From Azolla caroliniana (Eukaryota > Plantae > Polypodiophyta): a DNA stretch of 64,000 nucleotides. The stretch is from the NCBI GenBank assembly GCA_043228905.1, contig JBHGNT010000004.1, positions 19,654,001 to 19,718,000 of the forward strand. Direction: 5' to 3'. A model generated the notes under the pieces. The model had not been told where the DNA came from, searched no databases, and saw only the letters and a program-made list of their open reading frames with translations. The position numbers were made by a program, and so were the translations under genes. Positions within the stretch are counted from its first letter, which is position 1. Every line of letters starts with the position of its first letter. This document shows positions 1-11,233 of this stretch, piece by piece.

Positions 1-899
1 CAATAAGCTGTCATTGCGGCAACACAAGAAACTGAACAAAGAAAGTGTGCCATTTAGTGATTACCATTTACATAATTTCTAAAGCTTTAAAAATTTTGAC
101 TTTGGATGTTCCGTTAGAAATCAGAAACTAGAGCAATTTGACAAAAATCTGAAACCCAAATAATTAAGCTTCCATTTCTACCTAAAGATGGGTGATTTTA
201 AAACGCAGTTAAATATTGGCAAGACCTATAGCCAAAACCATAGTGCACATATTGATAGGACCAAAATACATAGGCAACAAAAATAGCATAACATTTAAAT
301 ACATGCCTAGAAGTCTCAACATCAACTTTTTCTCTTTGAAAACTGCCTATTATGGCTTGAAATGAGAAAAGAAAAGAATCAAAACCTGTAGTTTCAACAT
401 TGGACGACAATGCAGCTGGATTAGACCTGTGTGGTCTTTGCTTGGCCCTGGCCATGAATCCACTTGTTCTGCAAGCGAAATTGTCTTGGTACCATGAGCA
501 ATACAAGGTTTTCTAATTGAAACTGAGATTGGAGCAGCAAACGTGTCTTTACTTGGCCAGATGTAGAATTATATCTATGCATCCCTGTCTACATACAATA
601 CACTGAAATAATTCAATATTTAACAAACAGGAATTCATAAATCATATGATAATTCTACCTTCCCTTAAAGTCCTAAGGATGACATACGCTAATGCAAAAA
701 GTACACTCATAAAAAATAAAATCCAAATTGGTAAAACATTCATGTCAAACTATAATAATTATATCACATGCATATATAGGTACACATATGCATGTATATA
801 ATTATTTATGTTACAAAATTAATTATATGAATGTCGTATAATTCTTTATATGGCCTGAACATCAATTTCCACATATGCATCCCTATCCACATCACAATA

Positions 900-3800
900 C
901 ACTTTATTAAAATCGAAAAATGAGAAGGCACATTTGTTCAATAATATACATTGGTATGTCACAACAGGAGGGAGAAAATATAGAGATCGCTCATATGTAC
1001 ATGAGGAGAAAGTTCCTCTTTATAAAGGCCAAGATCTGGCCGTTGGGCTAACTAGCTGTTGGAAATAACTAGCCATTGGACTAGCCATTATAACTTTTAA
1101 TCCTTTGCGCGCACTTAAGGTGTTTGGTTGTGGGCTATGCCATAAATTGACTGATCATTCCGACCGGATAGTTGAGGTCCGCTCGAGTGATCGTTAAGTA
1201 GATGAGGCTTCCGATAATCTATCGAAACTATGTCGGGTTGCACGCCTTTCCCGAATGTCGGCGAAGCTTTACGTTTCTATCCAGAGGGGTCGAGATGGGC
1301 TTACAATCTGCCATCCCGAACTTGAAGAGTATATTCAGCGCATAATGATGCTGACTGATCAATATGCCTTCGGGTGAACGGATCACTTCGATCCCGAGGA
1401 AGTAATGAAGATCTTCAAGATCCTTCATTTCGAACGATGCCACAAGCTGAGACTTTACACAGTGAATTTCTTCCAAGTCAACACTGGCGATGACTAAATC
1501 ATCAACATAAAGTAAAAGACAAACTAGTCCATGTCGACCTTGTCGAACAAATAACGAAGAGTATGATTTGGACGTCGTAAACCCCATTCTACGCAACCGT
1601 TGCATAATCTTCGCGTTCCGAGCTCGCGGGGCTTGCTTAAGGCCGTATGACGCCTTCTTCAATCAGCAAACTGCCGAAGTGTTCTGTTCGGATAGAAATC
1701 CGGGGGGTTGTACAATGTACACCTGTTCCTCAAGATCACCTTGCAGGAACACATTGTTTACATCCATTTGATGTAGATGCCACCCCTTCGCCGCAACTAC
1801 GGCTAGTAGAACTCGTACGATAGTCATCTTCGCGACAGGCGTGAAGGTCTCGTCGTAATCGACATTGTGCTTCTGCGCGTAGCCTTTCGTAACCAAACGA
1901 GCCTTATATCAATTGACGGAACCATCGGTGTTGTATTTCACCTTATACACCCATCTACATCCGATCGGCTTTACACCTTTCGGTACGTCAACCAGGTCCC
2001 CAAGTCTCATTGTCCATTAAAGCGCGCATCTCTTCCTTCATCGCGGCACGCTAGTTTGCGTCTTCCGCCGCGTTTGCGTAACTCTCCGGCTCACGCACTT
2101 CCACCACTCATGTCATGTACACGTAATGGTGTGCCATGTATTCATTATACCCGTACCTCTTTACGGGGTTCTTCAGGCGGGTAGATCGGCATAATTCGTA
2201 ATTACTCGATTTCACGACCTTTTTGGTCGATTTCGACCCCTTCCGTGGAGGTTCCTTCTCGATTGGCCTGAAGTCAGATTCACTCCATTCTGACTCGGTA
2301 CTGTCGAAATCATACTCCAACATTTTCTTCTTCCCCTTTTCTTTACTCGTAAACCGTCTCCTCGGTTCTCTACGCAGGGAAAACACTGCCGAGTCTCCAC
2401 TACTCGCCGGTTCTTCATTTTGTTGGCCATTTCAACCCAACTCCTCATTCGGCCCACTTAGCCAAAATGAGATCGGACTCTCTATCAAAGTTCCGATTTC
2501 CTCATCATGCAGAGGCATCTCAACCTCGCTGACTTCCTTTTTCAGAATTTGGAAGGGAGTCATGAGGTATTGGAGGTGAAGGCAAGTACCATGAAGCGGA
2601 CTCGTCGAACACAACATCTCGGCTTACCGGGGGTTAGACCACTTATAACCCTTCTGTTCATTTAAATAGCCGACCAAGATACACTTCTCGGCTTTGGTAC
2701 ACTTCTCGACCAAGATACTCTTGTCCTTCGGCACATGCACATACGTAATGTTGTCGAAAATCCTCAAGTGTGCCAAGTTCGGTTTCTTGCCGTAATACAA
2801 CTCATGTGGCAACGCTCCTCCATTAGGAGAGCTCCAATTCTATAAGTAAACAGTCGTCCTTACGGCTTCAACCCAGTAAAACTTCGGCATATGCTTCTCT
2901 TCAAGCATTGCCTTGGCAACTTCTTCAATTGTTCGATTCTTCTGCTTCGCCACGCCGTTCTGCTGCGGTGTGTATCTACATGAGAATTCGCATCGAATTC
3001 CCTCATGTTGTAGATAACTCATGAACTGGTCGGAGAAGTACTCCTTCCCGCCATGGGACCGTAGACACTTGATCTTACACACAGTTTCCCTTTCCACAAG
3101 GTTTTTCACCTTTAGGAACCATGCGAAGACTTCGCTCTTTTTCATGATCAAGCATGCCTAGGTATACCGAGTGAAGTCATCGATGAAGGTTACGAAGTAA
3201 TGGCTTCCACCGAGACTCACGTTCTGTGCCGGTCCCCACACATCCGAATGGATCAAATCCAACAGATTTCGACTACGATTACGCTCATTGGGGAATGGCA
3301 GTCGGTGCTGCTTCCTGAGTTGGCAGGCTTCGCAGACTTGGCCATTACGGCCCCGAAATTTCGGCAATCCGAAAACAATATTCTTCTTTTGCATTTCTCG
3401 AAGCCATGGGAAGCTGATGTGGCCGAACTGCGTGTGCCACAGATCAATGTCCGACTCGACCTTCTGTCCTTTTGCGAATAGCGCGGTTCCGGCTTGATTG
3501 GTGTCGAGGATGAACATCCTCCCTTCACGACACCCTTGCGTGGAGGGCCTGATCCATTTACGGCGTGTTCAAAGCCTTCAGCGTAGTGCAATTTCTGACA
3601 CCTTCCTGCGTCTCTTCCACTCGAATCGGCTTTGTTCAAATCGGCTCTCTTCTTCTAGCACTTGCTCTCCTTGTGGCCTTTCTTGCCACAGTACTAGCAT
3701 TCCGTTGCGGCCTTCTGTTGCCGGCTTCTGGCACCGTTGTGACTCCCCCTGCTTCCGGAGGGTTCGTAATTGCTTTCGGCATTTCGATTATGCTACACGT

Positions 3801-4215
3801 TCTGCTCTTTCCGGCCGCCTCCATTGCACGCCGATCCGCCTTCTCCGCCATGACCATGACGCCTATCTCCCTCCATGTACAATATCTTGTTGTCACTGTG
3901 CGTACTCGTTGATGCACCCGCGTGATTTTCCTCCACGAGCAACATCGTCTGAAGCTCGAAGAACGAAAGTGTAATCTCCCTTGTGTAGCTTGCCGTCCGG
4001 AACGCTCCGAACTTTGACGCTAACCCACTAAGGCAAACCTGCACCATTTCGTCTTCCTTGACGTTCACGTTGACAGAGGCGAGAGAGTCTCAGATCTCCT
4101 TGACTTGGGCCGTGTAATCGGCCACAGACAGATCTTTTTGTCAGACATTGCTGAGCTCCTGCTTGAGCTGTAGCTTCCTAGCTGTTGTCCTAATGGTGAA
4201 AATCCTCTTAAGATT
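900..4215 (-). mobile_element. Decayed Ty1/copia retrotransposon (family A): gag, integrase, RT and an LTR-like end; protease region and RNase H largely deleted
   Basis: Minus-strand fragments: gag-like NVKEDEMVQVCLSGLASKF (3793-4068), GAG-pre-integrase/integrase LWHTQFGH..CEAC..HSDVWGP..FIDD (3158-3517), YTPQQNGVA (2840-3151), [30 protein letters not shown] and YGLKQAPR..LYVDD (1228-1896). RT runs to about 1100, then a TATA/AATAAA-containing LTR-like stretch follows. Many stops and frameshifts. Confidence 0.85.
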
Positions 4216-4351
4216 CACTTAATAGAAGATAATTAGAAGAAGATAAATGAGAGTATTATATTGATGATGGTGATATCACATATTGAACCCCCCCTTACAC
4301 AAGACTTACGAGGGTTTCTATAGGTCTATCCATGCTTCTAACATCCACAAA

Positions 4352-7300
4352 ACTCTGTAGCCTCGACTAGCACGTAACAACTCCCCCTGCATATGTCATT
4401 ACATACCCGGATGTAGACCGGTTGGTATCCACATCAGCCGACATGTCCGAATCGGTGAAACCGTCAAGTTGAGGTTTTCCGGAGCCGAATTGGAGGCACA
4501 TATTTGAAGTGCCCTTCAAATACCAGAGTATCCATTTGACCGCGTTCCAATGCTCCTTGCCGGGATTGCTCATAAACTGGCTCACCACTCCGACTGCGTA
4601 TCCTATATCCGGTCGGGTACATACCATTGCGTACATCAAGCTCCCGACAACAGAGGCATATGGAATCTTCATCATATCCGCCTTCTCTGCTTTCGTCTTC
4701 GGGCTTTGCTTACCGGATAACCTGCAGTTTGCTGGAAGTGTCGATCCGACCGGTTTCACATCTGACATGTTGAACCGGTGAAGAACCTTTGTCATGTACT
4801 TCTCCTGTGACAGCCATAATTGCTTCTTTGACCGGTCCCGAATGATGTGCATCCCCAGCATCTGTCTTGCCGGACCCAAGTCTTCCATTGAGAAGGTACG
4901 GTTGAGAGCCTTCTTCAGCATCTGTATTTTGACTTGGTCCCGTCCGACAATCAACATGTCATCCACGTACAAAAGGAGTATCAGGAAGTCGCCTCCTTCG
5001 AACTTCTTCACAAACACGCAATGATCGGCCTGCGTCTTGTGGTACCCTTGATCAGTCATGAAGGAATCAAACTTCCGGTACCATTGCCGGGGAGCCTGCT
5101 TCAGTCTGTACAGGCTCTTCTTCAACCGGCATACCAGGTGCTCCTTCCCTTTCTCCACGAATCCTTCTGGTTGCTACATGTAGATCTCCTCTTCGAGGTC
5201 ACCGTGAAGGAATGTCGTCTTCACGTCTAACTGCTCTACCTCGAGGTCCATGCTTGCCGCTATACTCAGCACCGTCCAGATGGAGGTCATCTTTACTACC
5301 GGGGCAAATATCTCGTCGAATTCCACGCCCTTCTTCTGCTGGAACCCCTTAACCACGATCTTGGCTTTGTATCTCGGGGGGTTGCCGACATCTCCCGGTT
5401 TCAACTTGTACACCCACTTGTTTCGGAGAGCCCGCTTTCCTTTCGGCAACTCCACCAATTTGTACGTATGGTTCTCATGCAGGGAATCCATCTCATCCTG
5501 CATGGCACTTAACCATTTGCGGCTATGAGTGTCATCCTTCGCTTCTTCGAAGCTTTCCGGCTCCCCCTGATCGGTCAGCAGCACATGCTTTGCATCCAGA
5601 AATCTCCGGGGGGCCCTTCTCTCTCTGAGAGGATATCTCCGTCTTTGGGCTTCGGTAGCCGGCTCCTCCATTTGCTCTTCATCCGAATCCGATTCGGGGT
5701 CTAGGCCGGTTCCGGTCTCAGCTTCCTCTACTTCTTCTTCTGCCGGTTCGGTATCCTCACCGTAACCGGCTGGTTCCTCGAGTGCTAACCGGTCTCTTGT
5801 CGATTGGGTCTGCTCATCGTAGAATCGATCCTTACCGGTCGACTTGGAGTTCATTATCTTCTTCTCCGACTCCCAGTCGGCGAGTGTGTTGTCTTCCATG
5901 AAGATAATATCTCGACTCCGGAATACCTTCTTGTCGACCAGGTCCCACACTCGGTAGCCGAACTCATCGTCACCGTAACCGAGGAATATGCATGGCCGGG
6001 TCTTTGGATCTAACTTTCCTCTCCGGTCCTTAGCTACATGCACGTACGCGAGACACCCGAACACCTTCACATGCCGGTAGGATACTTCCTTACCGGTCTA
6101 CACTCTCTGTGGCGTGTCTCCGTCCAAGGGTACTAAGGGTGATCTATTTATCACATATGTCGCCGTCGACAATGCCTTAGCCCAAAACTTCTTGGGTAGT
6201 TTTGCATGCGCTAGCATACTCCGGACCCTCTCCATTATGGTCTGGTTCATCCTCTCGACCAGTCCGTTTAGTTCCGGCGTCTTTGGCACGGTAAATTTGA
6301 GCCGGATTCCCTTCGAGCGGCAGTACTCCTCGAACTGCCCCCGGTATTATCCTCCGTTATCTGCTCGAACCGCCTTCAGCTTCCGGCCGGTTTCTCTTTC
6401 CACTCTCGCGTGGAGCTCTCTGAAGACGGATAGCACCTGATCCTTCGTCTTCAACGGTGTGGCCCACAGCTTCCGCCTGTGGTCATCTATGAACATCACG
6501 AAGTACTGCGCTCCGGCATGTGACTTCGTGTCTACTTGACACACATCTGTATGCACCAACTCCAATGGTGCATTACGTCTCATCGGTGGCCTTGGTTGGA
6601 AGGAGGTCCGGTTTTGCTTACCGGCCAGACAATCAGTGCACTTTTCCAAGTGCACGTTCTTCACTGGAATGAGGTTTTCGTCTGCAAGCCTCTTCATCCC
6701 CTTCTCGCTCATATGACACAGCCTCTTGTGCCACAGCTCACCGGTAGTGTCGGATGCCACGTTCACTTCTTCCGGACATAACCGGGCATTCATCAGGTAC
6801 AGTGTGTTGACCTTCCGGGCCAGAGCCACAATCAGGCTCCCTTTGTTGAACTTTATGACACCGTTCTGGATGCTACCCGTGTAGCCTTCATCATCTAGCC
6901 GACCGGCTGATATCAGGTTCAGACGAACCTCCGGAACGCGTCGGACATCCTTCAGCAGCAACTTGCATCCGGTTGGTGTTGTCAGCCACACGTCTCCTAT
7001 GCCGACAATTCGGCATGTACCTTCATTCCCCATCCGGACACAGCTGTGATCACCGGTTGAGTAGCATGAGAAGCATTTTCGGTCCGGGGTAAGGTGGAAC
7101 GACGCTCCGGAGTCTACCACCCAGGTCGTCTCGTCGCCGGCAAGGTTTATCTCACTCTCCTCGGTGATGAGCATCAACTCTTCTTCACTTGCCGTGATTG
7201 CCGTTGTTCCCTTCCGATTCGGCCCCCTACTGTCTTTACCGTTCCGGTCCGGGGTCCGCTTCGAATCGGTACCATCAGTTTCCTTGTCTTTTCGGAAATG

Positions 7301-8038
7301 CCGACAGTTCTTTTGGAAGTGTCCCGGCTTGCCGCAATAGAAGTAAGTAGGCCTCCCCCTTGACTTTGACCGTGTCCCCGACTTCTCCCGGTTCTGGGGA
7401 CTACGGTTTCTATGTCTTCCGCGTTTCGATTCAGTAAGGAGCGCTTTGGAGTCGGAGCTCGTATCTTTATTCTTCCTACGCGCCTCCTCATCTAGCAAGC
7501 TCGACTTTACTCTTGCTAGGGATAACCGTTTTCCTTCCGACTCGGCGTTGCCCAAAGTGACAACCAACGTCTCCCAGCTATCCGGGAGGGAACCGAGCAG
7601 GAGTAGCGCTAGTACCTCATCGGCGAGAGGTACTTACAATGAAGTTGCCTGGTGAATCAGCCCCTGGAAGGCATTCATGTGCTCCGCCATGTTGGAGCCA
7701 TCTTGGTACCGGAGGCTTACTAGCTTCCGGAATACCGAAACCTGATTGACAGCATTTTTGTTTTGAAACATTATGCCGATCTTCTCCCAGAGCTCATGAG
7801 CCTTGCTCTCTTCGTTGAAGTTGTTGTATAGGCTCATGTCGATGAAGCACCGTATGTACGCCGTTGTCTTCATGTGCATCACCTCCCATATTGTGGCGTC
7901 GATCTTGTCCGGTCTCTTGTCCCCGAACTGAACCGGTAACCAAAGATCTTTAACCACGAGCATGTCCCTCATCTTCGACTTCCACACTGAGTAGTTGGAG
8001 CTGGTGAGCTTGAACATGCCGCCAAACGATTCGTCCAT
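4352..8038 (-). pseudogene. copia gag-pol polyprotein, broken by several stops
   Basis: MDESFGGMFKL start at 8038; zinc knuckle YCGKPGHFQKNC (first Cys mutated); protease WVVDSGAS; integrase WHKRLCH/CTDC/HTDVC; RT YVDDML. Split over ORFs 7634-8110, 6347-7567, 6098-6289, 5174-6070 and 4367-5158. Confidence 0.92.
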
Positions 8039-8053
8039 TTTTTGTGTTGTTTC

Positions 8054-8065
8054 GCTCTGATACCA
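8054..8065 (-). promoter_or_regulatory. Primer binding site (tRNA-iMet)
   Basis: TGGTATCAGAGC on the minus strand, 2 nt inside the LTR end. Confidence 0.9.
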
Positions 8066-8067
8066 CT

Positions 8068-8880
8068 TGTTGGGAACTCCACGCTCCGTATGCACAACGC
8101 TCGGCCACAACCGAGCTTAGAATCATACACAGAAAACAGCAAGTGATACGCACGACACAAAGAGGAGAAGAGTACATAGGATGTTTACGTGGAAAACCCA
8201 AACTAAGGGAAAAACCATGGCAGCCCACAGGCTGCAAACTATCACTATGTTAGTTTGTACAATAGTGAGTTCACAGAGGCAACGACCTCGTGCTCACGAT
8301 CCTCGCCACAAGCGGCGGTTACAATCAAAGGCAACGACCTCTTCCTCTCTCTCTTACTCTCTGTACACAATTACGCACTCTAATCTCGCGTAGACAAGGA
8401 TAACAACAACAGACAACTAAAAGTTTGCCCTAAGTCATATTTATACTAATATGACTTTTCGGCTATTTACAAATATAGCCTCGATGGACTCTCAGAAACA
8501 TATTTACGAATATGTCTCTTCATCCGGTGAGCATTCCTCACCGGGTCTGCACCATCCGGCTCTCCGTAGCCGGGTACTCCTCATCCGGTTCTCACCGGGT
8601 CTGCACCATCCGGCTCTCCGTAGCCGGGTACTCCTCATTCGGTTCTCATCGGGTCTGCACCATCCGGCTCTCCGTAGCCGGGTACTCCTCATCCGGTTCT
8701 CACCAGGTCTGCACCATCCGGCTCTCCGTAGCCGGGTACTCCTCATCCGGTTCTCACCGGGTTTGCACCATCCGGCTCTCCGTAGCCGGGTACTCCTCAT
8801 CCGGTCTTCACTGGGTCTGCACCATCCGGTTTCGGCATTGTTCTTCTCCCTTCCCATCTGGAGGGACCTGTCTCCCAACA
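8068..8880 (-). repeat. 5' LTR of copia B (813 bp)
   Basis: Inverted termini TGTTGGGA...TCCCAACA, adjacent to the PBS. Confidence 0.92.
8537..8831. repeat. 54-bp tandem repeat (~5.5 copies) within the LTR U3
   Basis: Unit ctcaccgggtctgcaccatccggctctccgtagccgggtactcctcatccggtt; the 18-aa period in the ORF track confirms 54 bp. Confidence 0.93.
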
Positions 8881-10710
8881 CTAATGGTTAATGCACCTAC
8901 CTTATAACAAAGAGGTTTTGGATTCGAGTTCCACTAGGTGTGCAACACTAATGAGAGAAATGACTGATCCGATTCCTCGAAGTAACCTGTACACCAAGAC
9001 AAACAATAATGTGATCGCAAATCCATTTCGTAACAACCACAACGATGTTGAATAATATCGTAATGCCAAATTCAATCCAAAGTAAGTGGTGATTAGCAAC
9101 CTAATTAAGTGGAACGCTTCTAGCCAAATGGATAAGACACTTGACCCGTAATGAAGGGATTGGTGGGTTCAAGTCCCACCAGGTGTGCACGACATCAAGG
9201 AAAGTAAACCCTGATGTCATTCCTTGTAATACCCCGTACACAATAACGTGACGTCAAATCCATTGAGTAACAACCGGACTGACATTGAATAAATTCGTAT
9301 CGTCAAATTCATTCCAGAGTAGTGATTAATAGTGTAGCCAATTATTGTGTCCTAATGGATGTTGCACCTACCTTCTAACGAAGAGGTTTTGGATTCGAGT
9401 CCCACAAGGCAACCAACACACGCGGATGCCAAATAATAGAGTAATGCCAGATCCATTCCAAAGTAACTGGTGATTGAGAACATAACCAAATCGAGTGTTT
9501 GTGGCTTAATGGATAATGCACTTGCCTTCTAATCATGGGAATGTGGGTTCAAGTCCCACCTTGCATGCAGCACGAACAACAACATTTTGTGATCTCATTT
9601 CTCGTGATAACCTGTACACCAAGACGAACAATAATGTGACAACAAATCCATGGCTCAACAATAACGTAACGCAAATTTTACTTATACCAAAGTAGAGTAA
9701 CCAAATTTAACGTAACGCAAATTTTACTTTCACCAAAGTCCAAATTTAACGTAATGCAAATTTTACTTATACCAAAGTAGAGTAACCAAATTTATACCAA
9801 CGCTGAATAATAAGGCATTGCAATTGTAATCAAGGGATTGTGGGTTCGAGTCCCACAAAGCCTACAACACGAAGGACATCACGCCTTGATCTGATTCCTC
9901 GTAATAACCCTTACACCAAGACGAACAATAAGGTGACATCAAATCCATTGCGTAACAACCATACCATGAATAATAGTGTAACGCCAAATCCATACTAAAG
10001 TAAGTGGGGGGTAAGCGGTGATTAATATTAGTTAGTGTAACTAAATCGAGTGCTTGTGGCCTAATAGATAAGGTACTTGACTTCTAATCAAGGGATTGTG
10101 GGTTCGAATCCCATCAGGTGTGCACAACATGAAGGAGAACCCTGATCCCATTCATTGTAATGACCCGTACACAAAGATGAACAATAATTTGATCTCAAAT
10201 CCATTGCGTAAGAACCACACTCACGCTAAATAATAATGTAATGCCATATTCGTTCTAGAGCGGGGAGTAATACATTAATCAATACTTGTGTCCTAATGGA
10301 TAATGCACCTACCTTGTAACGAAGAGGTTTTGGATTCGAGTTCCACTAGGTGTGCAACACGGATGAGAGAAAACACTGGACCGATTCCACATAGCAACCT
10401 GTACACCAAGACGAAAAATAATGTGATTTCATATCCATTGCTTTCAAAACACATCATAACGTAACCATTCCAAAGGAAGAGGTGATTAACACATCAAGCG
10501 CTTGTGGCTTAATGGATAATGCACTTGACTTCTAATTATGGGAATTTGGGTTCGAGTACCATGCAACACGAAGTATAGCATGTCGTGATGTCATTCCTCG
10601 TGATGACCCGTACACCAAGACGAATGATAACATGACATCAAATCCATTGCGCAATAACCACACCAAAACTGAATAATAACGTTAACACCAAATTTATACT
10701 AGAGTAGCAA
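8881..10710 (+). repeat. Tandem array of 8 tRNA-Arg(UCU)-derived units with conserved ~150-bp spacers
   Basis: tRNA-like segments at 8881-8942 (5' end cut by the LTR), 9114-9187, 9341-9413, 9495-9567, ~9811-9863 (partial), 10050-10122, 10282-10354 and 10498-10563. They carry TGGCCTAATGG-like A boxes and GGTTCGAGTCC-like B boxes; most spacers share gtacaccaagacgaacaataa..tgacatcaaatccattg. Confidence 0.9.
10050..10122 (+). tRNA. tRNA-Arg(UCU)-like unit, best copy of array 1, probably a pseudogene
   Basis: 73 nt; anticodon arm CTTGA-CTTCTAA-TCAAG (TCT at 10083-10085); T arm GTGGG-TTCGAAT-CCCAT. D-loop GG is changed to AG and the acceptor stem is mostly G:U pairs. Closely resembles plant cytosolic tRNA-Arg(UCU) as I recall it. 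Confidence 0.7.
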
Positions 10711-11233
10711 CATGACCATATGATCGAGGACCTACTTGCCTCGTAGTTCCAACAATAATGGCGCGCGTTCATTTGCTAGTGGCTTTGAAGATGCACTAGT
10801 CTAATACATGGGCTAGAACTAAAAAGTCTAGGCTTTGAAGCAGGCGTCCAATACATGGTCTAGAAATCAGGAGGTGTTGGTTGATATGCGACCTCGAAGT
10901 GTTATTGTCTGCCACTTCTGACTCGCGTGTTCAATCAGAGTGTGCTTTTACTTATTTATAACCTTATACATTAAGTGAGGAGGTGTGAATGCATCTTAAA
11001 AACCCTCCTCCTTAAACCCCCTCAAAACTCTCTCTGGTTTTGTAGAAAATGAATGAATGAACGAATGAATGAATACATACGTTCCATTTGAACTGAAATT
11101 TCTCAAACGCTAAACTCTTGCCTCCCTTGTTTCCTGTGTATATAGGTACAAAAACTCACCAGAATTCCTATGGAATCCTTCTATCTGAGGAGCCCAAATA
11201 GTTCTCACCATCCCTAAAGTTTTAGTAGGAGGT

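Larger units (their letters stand above)
4352..8880 (-). mobile_element. Ty1/copia retrotransposon (family B), 5' LTR intact, 3' end (RNase H, PPT, 3' LTR) missing
   Basis: LTR 8068-8880, PBS, then gag-protease-integrase-RT in copia order on the minus strand. Homology stops just after TYAGGVVTC*SRLQ at about 4352. Confidence 0.95.

Noticed and set aside
198-506. 102-aa minus-strand ORF / possible exon
   Set aside because: Non-ATG start and no recognisable domain; cannot be supported from this window.
8451-8907. Repetitive ORFs (146, 125 and 131 aa)
   Set aside because: Artefacts of the stop-free 54-bp LTR tandem repeat.
8881-10563. Units with TAT, CGT or TGT anticodons as functional Ile/Thr tRNAs
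   Set aside because: The bodies are Arg(UCU)-derived with broken stems; mutational drift explains them better.
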